A program made the position numbers and the translations under genes. DNA of 64,000 bases. It comes from Macrostomum lignano. Its lineage: Eukaryota. This document shows, one piece after another, positions 59,801-64,000 of this stretch. Position 1 is the first letter of the stretch; each line of letters starts with the position of its first letter. The notes under the pieces were generated by a model. It saw nothing but the letters and a program-made list of their open reading frames with translations, was not told where the DNA came from and ran no database searches. The stretch is taken from the NCBI GenBank assembly GCA_002269645.1, contig NIVC01000891.1, forward strand, positions 248,001 through 312,000. Direction: 5' to 3'.

Positions 59801-61803
59801 GAGATGGAGGAAAGGTTGATTGATTGATTGATTTTCATGTCCTGTTCAATTTAAGTTCAGCGAAATACTGCTCTGCTTACATAGGTAGGAGAAAAAATGA
59901 GTACAAATCGAAATATACTTTATATTCTATATATAGAGAGATATTAAGGCAAACTTCAAAGTTAAAAAATAAACCGCTAAAAAAGACATTTTCCATTAAT
60001 AAAAATCAACCAATTGAGAACTGATTGTGTCCAGAATACCAGAGATCAGAGCCTCAAACAGTTCGGCTTGCAGCCTGTGGGGAGAGTGTCAGCTTCTTGA
60101 TCACTCAAGAGGAGAAACTTGAAAATTATTGATTAAGCGTCACGAAGCATGTAAGATGCCAAGAAATCCTAGGAATTCCTGAGTAATTTAAGAAGTCCTT
60201 GGCGTCAGCTTGATTGGCTCTATTGTCTATGGCCGAGTGCGGGCGGGGGCAGCGAGTTTGGATTCTCCATTCTGACCGGCTCAATTGGCTCTATTGTCTA
60301 TGGCCTGGCCAAGTGCGGGCCTGCGGCAGCGAGTTTGGATTCTCCATTCTGACCGGCTCAATTGGCTCTATTGTCTATGGCCTGGCCAAGTGCGGGCCTG
60401 CGGCAGCGAGTTTGGATTCTCCATTCTGACCGGCTCAATTGGCTCTATTGTCTATGGCCTGGCCAAGTGCGGGCCTGCGGCAGCGAGTTTGGATTCTCCA
60501 TTCTGACCGGCTCAATTGGCTCTATTGTCTATGGCCGAGTGCGGGCGGGCCTGCGGCAGCGAGTTGGATTCTCCATTCTGACCGGCTCAATTGGCTCTAT
60601 TGTCTATGGCCGAGTGCGGGCCGGCGGCAGCGAGTTTGGATTCTCCATTCTGACCGGCTCAATTGGCTCTATTGTCTATGGCCGAGTGGGGGCTGGCGGC
60701 AGCGAGTTTGGATTCTCCATTCTGACCGGCTCAATTGGCTCTATTGTCTATGGCCGAGTGCGGGCTGGCGGCAGCGAGTTTGGATTCTCCATTCTGACCG
60801 GCTCAATTGGCTCTATTGTCTATGGCCGAGTGCGGGCCTGCGGCAGCGAGTTTGGATTCTCCATTCTGACCGGCTCAATTGGCTCTATTGTCTATGGCCG
60901 AGTGCGGGCCTGCGGCAGCGAGTTTGGATTCTCCATTCTGACTGGCTCAATATACCTTTTGCGTTCTATTTGGCTTTTCATTCATTCAAATTGGTGCCAG
61001 GACCATTTGTTAAAATCAGTTTAGTAGACAGAGGATGGTGAACGAATACGTGACTGGTCGTTTGGAGTTTGACTTTCGCGAGATAACCCAAATTGATAAA
61101 GAAAAAAACAAATTACCTGGCGATTTGAGTTCTTAGTCTATGGTGAATATTAGCTCTTTGCAACGCACCAAATCGAACGCAGTAAAAACCAAACAGAAAG
61201 CAAAAACATGCAAAAGCAAAAGAGAGTTTGCTTCGAGCGAGGCTTCAAACGGGGTAGGAAGTCGAGAGGGTCCCGATGAAAACGCTACCCAGGCCAAGTA
61301 GCGTCACCAGAGTCACTTGCGTCACTCCAAAGTCTTTTCAGAATCGTTGCTCTAGACGGCTTTTAAACGACGAGATGTCGCGTTAAAAGTCGCCAAAAAG
61401 TCATCCAAGAGTCGTCAAAAAGTCAATTTGAGGCGTCTTGTTGTCTGCGACTCTGAACCGACTCTGGGAGGCCTCTATAACGACTCTTGTCGCTTGAGCC
61501 ACTTTTAAGTTGTTTGCAATGACTCTTTCGCAATTTTTGTCACGGTAAAATTTTCAACGGAGGTGGCACACTGTCGAGCAGAGTGCGGGAAAGACTAAGA
61601 AAGGGATACAGTAAAACACAACAACAAACATCAAAACAGAAACGCAACGACTGCTTCTAAAAGCAGAGAAGATTCTCCTCACCGGCCACTAGAATCACGG
61701 CCCTGTCGGCGGCGTCCAGCTTGAGCAGGCTGAGCGGCGCGTAGGACTCGTGCAACCGCGGGTCGGCCCCGGCCTTGCGCCGGCCGAACAGAAACGAATT
61801 CAT
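430..61803 (-). CDS. DST/MACF1-like: Giant spectraplakin/plakin-family cytolinker (dystonin/MACF1/Shot/VAB-10-like), 18 coding exons in window, >=14,400 aa, probably 3'-incomplete
   Basis: Manual splicing gives join(61683-61803,58851-58912,58484-58573,57706-57783,57533-57625,48027-48244,47041-47446,45357-46484,44302-44709,43419-44147,41737-42783,39593-41320,38646-38972,32471-37935,32312-32385,30414-31929,30018-30334,430-29823). All introns are GT-AG with matching phases. The N-terminus LDAADRAVILVADARDCIQKRTFTRWVNQQL matches the family motif [31 protein letters not shown]. CH1, CH2, plakin/SH3 and plectin repeats follow in the expected order. Confidence 0.9.
808..29575 (-). repeat. Coding tandem array: 151 x 162-bp (54-aa) monomers plus 10 x 423-bp (141-aa) spacers
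   Basis: Consensus ELELRADQESREAPKPEEAAEKTEVKDEAAPTDAQAAESRPSEERQEQLKPEAK. Spacer-to-spacer distances (2367,1719,1881,2529,3500,2691,2852,2852,2853 from ORF-track coordinates) all equal n x 162 + 423, minus the single-base deletions. Confidence 0.97.
30018..30334 (-). CDS. Exon 17, low-complexity linker
   Basis: Acceptor ctctgcag|AT (phase 1), donor CAG|GTTTGT (phase 0), 317 nt, inside ORF 29814-30356. Confidence 0.8.
30414..31929 (-). CDS. Exon 16, plectin repeats (FFDTISGQQLKFSDCLDMGLIDLNNSRLVDPVTRIELPLRDALERNVVD) plus Ser/Asp/Glu-rich disordered region
   Basis: Acceptor ctacacag|CCT in frame with ORF 30349-31899; donor GAAG|GTAAGC (phase 1); 1516 nt. Confidence 0.85.
32312..32385 (-). 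CDS. Exon 15, 74-nt small exon (ADIERSGSGDASAVGVAPGSPQSDK)
   Basis: Needed to bridge the phase-1 donor at 32471 to the phase-0 acceptor at 31929; NAGNAG acceptor ccgccag|CAG|AT; donor AAG|GTAAGA. Confidence 0.78.
32471..37935 (-). CDS. Exon 14 (~5.5 kb): 7 diverged plus ~22 homogenised 50-aa plectin-like repeats and a Thr/Glu/Ser-rich linker; frame interrupted near 35034 and 35328-35390
   Basis: Acceptor tttttcag|GCT in frame with ORF 35377-37785; continues in ORFs 35020-35343 and 32424-35042; donor GAAG|GTAATG (phase 1). Confidence 0.82.
32570..35850 (-). repeat. Coding array of ~11 x 300-bp (100-aa) dimers of a 50-aa plectin-like repeat
   Basis: Shadow ORFs recur every 300 bp (32669, 32969 ... 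34769, 35070, 35391); unit GEQISIDEAVRRGLLSSDEAERLKMKVKPSFEDLSNSLDKKSGLVTDSRT/GEQLSIDEAARRGLLSEEEALKLKEASKPPFDEMSKSLDTKLGTVTDPRS. Confidence 0.96.
36703..37752 (-). repeat. Coding array of 7 diverged 150-bp (50-aa) Lys-rich plectin-like repeats
   Basis: PKFEDVANSLDPxxGTVxDPRTGEELTIDDALAKKLLTPSEAKKLKEKVK x7 in ORF 35377-37785, with much synonymous divergence. Confidence 0.93.
38150..38608. repeat. Intron 13 minisatellite, 30-bp unit, ~15 copies
   Basis: cctagattcaccagccaatcacagactagc repeated with variants. Confidence 0.93.
38646..38972 (-). CDS. Exon 13, plectin repeats (VQSIYDAKSRRMLPPSEALDLGLIDATRATYMDSATGNVSTLADAISEGLV)
   Basis: Acceptor ctgtgcag|GTG, donor GAG|GTGAGC, 327 nt, phase 0-0. 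Confidence 0.87.
39593..41320 (-). CDS. Exon 12, plectin (plakin) repeats plus Pro/Gln-rich linker
   Basis: Acceptor ctgcag|GGA, donor GAG|GTTTGC, 1728 nt; VLNPVTQEAVTFEEAVKLGIVDPDQGVYVNHRTGRRISLRQAAADGLI is a typical plectin repeat. Confidence 0.87.
41406..41728. repeat. Intron 11 minisatellite, 22-bp unit, ~14 copies
   Basis: ggaggaggcctgtgtgcactct. Confidence 0.93.
41737..42783 (-). CDS. Exon 11, end of plakin domain and first plectin repeats
   Basis: Acceptor tttgcag|AAA, donor TCG|GTAGGC, 1047 nt; VLDPCSGRLLTFAQA and MTLAEACSAGVVDLATGKMRDFNTGDWLDFPEARRRGLL are plectin-repeat-like. Confidence 0.85.
42809..43393. repeat. Intron 10 minisatellite, 30-bp unit, ~19 identical copies
   Basis: acagtcagtcccggcttgctatttgtacac; successive 60-nt lines are identical. 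Confidence 0.97.
43419..44147 (-). CDS. Exon 10, plakin SH3-like insertion and following spectrin repeat
   Basis: LLCQWSG...CWLPAVCLRTPWPAAVSAA aligns by eye with plakin SH3 ALCDY...VPSVCFxxPPPNxEAV; acceptor cccttgcag|CTC, donor ACG|GTGAGC; 729 nt. Confidence 0.8.
44302..44709 (-). CDS. Exon 9, plakin domain (STVSELEDREAKFAAAVTSGARLI...AHPAEACLRRLEERWAAHLSL)
   Basis: Acceptor cccgcag|TCC, donor TCG|GTGAGT, 408 nt, phase 0-0. Confidence 0.85.
44976..45336. repeat. Intron 8 G-rich minisatellite, 46-bp unit, ~8 copies
   Basis: gagagggaagtgagagatcccaaccagccggacagggggtgggtgg. Confidence 0.95.
45357..46484 (-). CDS. Exon 8, plakin-domain spectrin-like repeats
   Basis: Within ORF 44901-46535; helical Ala/Leu/Glu/Arg sequence with LLAWLDEREARVL; donor AAG|GTGAGC; 1128 nt. 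The acceptor cccgaag|ATC is the best candidate but nearby in-frame AGs exist. Confidence 0.82.
46545..47033. repeat. Intron 7 minisatellite, 24-bp unit, ~20 copies
   Basis: cactcagccactaactcagccagt. Confidence 0.94.
47041..47446 (-). CDS. Exon 7, CH2 second half and start of plakin domain
   Basis: RPDLID...AFDISERHLGVARLLEPEDVDTPHADDLSLITYLSALYDAL; acceptor ccccag|G, donor GAG|GTGAGG; 406 nt. Confidence 0.93.
47577..47985. repeat. Intron 6 pyrimidine-rich minisatellite, 17-bp unit, ~24 copies
   Basis: ctcaccctacctctcct. Confidence 0.93.
48027..48244 (-). CDS. Exon 6, CH1-CH2 linker with Gln run and CH2 first half: ISEIL...FLLAWCRAELAPYGLSVTNFTSCWQDGRAFVCLLHRA
   Basis: Acceptor cgccag|ATA, donor CCAG|GTGAGA (phase 2), 218 nt; NFTxxWxDGRAF CH2 motif. 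This frame is absent from the ORF track. Confidence 0.93.
48406..50089. repeat. Intron 5 minisatellite, 42-bp unit (46-bp variant with extra taca), ~39 copies
   Basis: ctgcagatatcatgatgtccctacactgccaatcctgagcat. Confidence 0.95.
50095..50319 (-). CDS. Candidate alternative first (or cassette) exon in intron 5: MLPFAGCCGANNRWLLGRPRLLRFKRKLRV...KECSSIDSQ
   Basis: GC-rich, exon-like island in AT-rich or repetitive intron; ATG at 50319; phase-0 donor CAG|GTGGTG (non-optimal) is compatible with the phase-0 acceptor of exon 6. Confidence 0.5.
53310..54535. repeat. ~1.2-kb (GTGA)n/(TCAC)n microsatellite
   Basis: Long gtga run with gtaa/gttga/gattga interruptions; source of the SLTH/HSLT pseudo-ORFs. 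Confidence 0.98.
55311..56000. repeat. Intron 5 minisatellite, 21-22-bp unit, ~32 copies
   Basis: tgaggcttactacacccaatc. Confidence 0.95.
56640..57090 (-). mobile_element. Decayed non-LTR retrotransposon (RTE/LINE-like) reverse-transcriptase C-terminal fragment
   Basis: Minus strand reads MLTEMKREAS... and LGWAVWAAFRSVRAVLQSKVLFDRQRAALFRAVIEIVLLYNA/(frameshift)TESLEQQVDAA. This resembles the AW.AF..L...L...K..LF.A.V...LLY..ETW.L motif that follows LINE RT domains. Stops and frameshifts are present. Confidence 0.55.
57123..57300. repeat. Exact 85-bp tandem duplication
   Basis: ggcaaaattgagtgcagtt...ttctgca starts at 57123 and 57208, with a partial third copy at 57293. Confidence 0.9.
57533..57625 (-). 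CDS. Exon 5, CH1 end: [31 protein letters not shown]
   Basis: Acceptor cccgcag|GCT, donor CAG|GTTGGG, 93 nt; canonical [20 protein letters not shown] motif. Confidence 0.95.
57706..57783 (-). CDS. Exon 4, CH1: PVERGHLRFHYLQNVEIALQFLQFDG
   Basis: Acceptor atgcag|CCA, donor GGG|GTAAGA, 78 nt; resembles GRMRFHxLQNVQIALDFL. Confidence 0.92.
57971..58455. repeat. Intron 3 minisatellite, ~29-bp unit, ~17 copies
   Basis: aaatccaggtgatttctcaaatccccaat. Confidence 0.93.
58484..58573 (-). CDS. Exon 3, CH1: KSTRISDLFQDLRNGFALITLLEVLSGHVL
   Basis: Acceptor ttttcag|AAA, donor CTG|GTGAGA, 90 nt; DLFxDLRxGxxLxxLLEVLSG motif. Confidence 0.93.
58851..58912 (-). CDS. Exon 2, CH1 start: (D)ARDCIQKRTFTRWVNQQLKQ
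   Basis: Acceptor catccag|AC, donor CAG|GTGAGG, 62 nt; QKxTFTxWVN signature of spectrin-family CH1. Confidence 0.92.
60213..60950. repeat. Intron 1 minisatellite, ~72-77-bp unit, ~10 copies
   Basis: ttggctctattgtctatggccgagtgcgggcctgcggcagcgagtttggattctccattctgaccggctcaa. Confidence 0.94.
61683..61803 (-). CDS. Exon 1 (putative first coding exon): MNSFLFGRRKAGADPRLHESYAPLSLLKLDAADRAVILVA
   Basis: ATG at 61803, 121 nt, donor GCCG|GTGAGG (phase 1). LDAADRAVILVA resembles the [12 protein letters not shown] segment that precedes CH1 in plectin-1c/MACF1/DST isoforms. Not in the ORF track because it is short. Confidence 0.85.
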
Positions 61804-62594
61804 GCCGGCAAAAGCTGCTCCCGGAGGATGCTTAGGAAGACAAAATTTTCATTTGTAGAATTGGTGATGAAGAGTTTCTCCTGCGCGGCAAGATTCGGGT
61901 CTGCTGCGAGGCGTCAATAAAAAAAGCGTTTGATTGCCTCGCTGAAAGCAGAGTAGAGACCAACCTTTATTTATTCCTAAAAAAGAAACAAGTCGTCTGG
62001 ACAGCACGAAATGAAGCAATGATTGCGAAGTAAAAACGCACAACAGGGCAGTAACTATCGCATTTTGGTTAGAAATTTCTACATTTTTGCCGCTTGGTGG
62101 TAGATAAAACTGACTGATAGATAGCCTGAGCAGCGACTTGTTTTCTGACTGAGCTGTTCCTGTCTTATCATGGCACAGCAGGCTTGTCTGCCCGGCAGCC
62201 ACAAGTCAAACTACTGGCAATCATGGTAATACAAAAAATTAGTTCAATTTCTATAAAAAAATCTATAAACTCAATTAAAACAGCGCAAAGGGTAAACTTC
62301 TATGTGCAAAATTGTTTTGCTTTTGTTATCTCCGTATCGTAAACACAAACTCTACAGCAATAATTAACCAATGCAGAGTTAGTAGTTTCCCAGAAATGCT
62401 GCAATGGACATGTTGTGTACAGCCGCAGCCCTTGGCGAATGTCTGCTACTTGACCGCTTGTGATTTGACCCCTGACCCATTTAGTCTTACAGCCGACTAT
62501 TAAACTTTTTAATGTTAACTTTTACAATAGTCAACAAAAAGAATAATGGTACATGTAGGAACATAAACTTTAAATGCTTGAAGCTTGGGGTTGC

Positions 62595-63225
62595 TAAATT
62601 TCTGCGGCTCATGGGGGTTGCTGAGATGCTGCGGCTCATGGTGAGGGGTGGCTGAGATGCTGTGGCTCATGGAGGGTTGCTGAGATACCAGGTGGCTCAT
62701 GGGGGTTGCTGAGATACTGTGGCTCATGGGGAGGGGGTGGCTGAGATGCTGTGGCTAATAGGGGTTTGCTGAGATGCTGTGGCTCATGGGGGGTTGCTGA
62801 GATGCTGTGGCTAATAGGGAGGGGGTGGCTGAGATGCTGTGGCTCATGGGAGGGGGTGGCTGAGATACTGTGGCTCATGGGAGGGGTTTGCTGAGATGCT
62901 ATGGCTCATGGGGGGTGGCTAAGATGTTGTGGCTCGTGGGAGGGGTGGCTGAGATGTTGTGGCTCGTGGGAAGGGGGTGGCTGAGATACTGTGGCTCATG
63001 GGGAGGGGGTGGCTAAGATGCTATGGCTCATGGGGGGTGGCTGAAATGCTGTGGCTCATGGGGGGTTGCTGAGATGCTGTGGCTCATGGGAGGGGTGGCA
63101 GAGATGCTGTGGCTCGTGGGAGGGTGTGGCTGAGATGCTGTGGCTCGTAGGAGGGTGTGGCTGAGATGCTGTGGCTCATGGGGAGTGGGTGGCTGAGATA
63201 CTATGGCTTATTGGGGGTTGCTCAG
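62595..63225. repeat. Upstream G-rich minisatellite, ~27-30-bp degenerate unit
   Basis: ggggtggctgagatgctgtggctcatgg variants. Confidence 0.9.
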
Positions 63226-64000
63226 AAAGGGTCAATTGGGAGTTTTTTGTAGGCCTAGGATCACATGGAGAGTAAGAGTAAGCATTAGGGTTAAGCTGTG
63301 GCTTAAAGAGAGGCTTTGATGGCATTGATGCCAAAGCTCAAAGGGTACCTTAGATATCTTATACCTTAATACCTTAGATATCTTATGCTAGATAACTAGC
63401 ATTCAAGGCAACAGTTCAAGGCAACTGTTTTTTGTTTTAAATATCACTTTTCTAGGGAACTAGCAATCATAACTATACAAGGTGAAAGCTACAATAGTTT
63501 ATTAAAAAAATTTCTTTGTTGTTTTTTTAATAGAAGGGCAAAGATGATTAGTCTTTGCATTAAAATCCTGCCTTTTGGCACTAAATTAATGCTAAAATCT
63601 TGCCTCTAGCACTAAATTGATACTAAAATATTGCCTTTGGCACTAAAATCTTGTCTTATAGCACTAAAGACATTGACTATGGGTATTATGAATTTTGGTT
63701 TGTGATTGCCCCCACCCTGAGACTAGATGAAAATCTGGTTATTAGCAACAATTTATTAGAATATATATTTACTATGCTAAAAACTATCAAAGAAACCAAT
63801 ATATTCAAAACACCTGCATGAGACAAATGATCTAATATTAAGATAAGATCTTGTAATTCAATCACTTAAAAATTAGGACTAATAAGCTAGCCACTGAAAG
63901 AAAAGATAAACTATTTAAAGCTAAGCTAGTTAAAGCAAAGCTTGAATCTCATTGATAAATTAAATATTAACTTATGAAATATAATGGGCTTAAAGATAAA

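Noticed and set aside
61280-61560. Cluster of GAGTC/GACTC motifs in opposite orientations with a 10-bp inverted repeat (possible MITE)
   Set aside because: No convincing terminal inverted repeats or target-site duplication could be identified by eye.
430-61803. Whole gene as a pseudogene
   Set aside because: All 18 exons keep canonical splice sites and phases. The few lesions are homopolymer indels or one jumble inside repeats, typical of sequencing error.

Overview
Eukaryotic (animal) genomic DNA. Almost the whole window is one minus-strand, intron-containing gene for a giant spectraplakin/plakin cytolinker (dystonin/MACF1/Shot/VAB-10 family). I reconstructed 18 coding exons with GT-AG boundaries and consistent reading phases, from an ATG at 61803 to a splice donor at 430; the gene probably continues off the left edge. 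Domain order: CH1-CH2 actin-binding domain, plakin domain with SH3, canonical plectin repeats, arrays of an unusual 50-aa plectin-like repeat, and one ~29.4-kb exon (430-29823, ~9,800 codons). That exon consists of 151 copies of a 54-aa Glu/Ala/Pro/Lys-rich repeat punctuated by 10 copies of a 141-aa spacer. The part in this window alone encodes about 14,400 aa. Three single-base deletions in the giant exon, plus one insertion and a short scrambled patch in exon 14, break the frame; they look like long-read consensus errors rather than pseudogenisation. Most larger introns are filled with their own private minisatellite. Intron 5 holds a candidate alternative first exon (CH1-less isoform) and a decayed LINE fragment. 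The style (GC-rich Ala/Gln-run exons, minisatellite-filled introns) suggests a flatworm such as Macrostomum, but that is inference only. No rRNA, tRNA, CRISPR or prokaryotic features were seen. Most short ORFs in the track are antisense or off-frame shadows of repeats.
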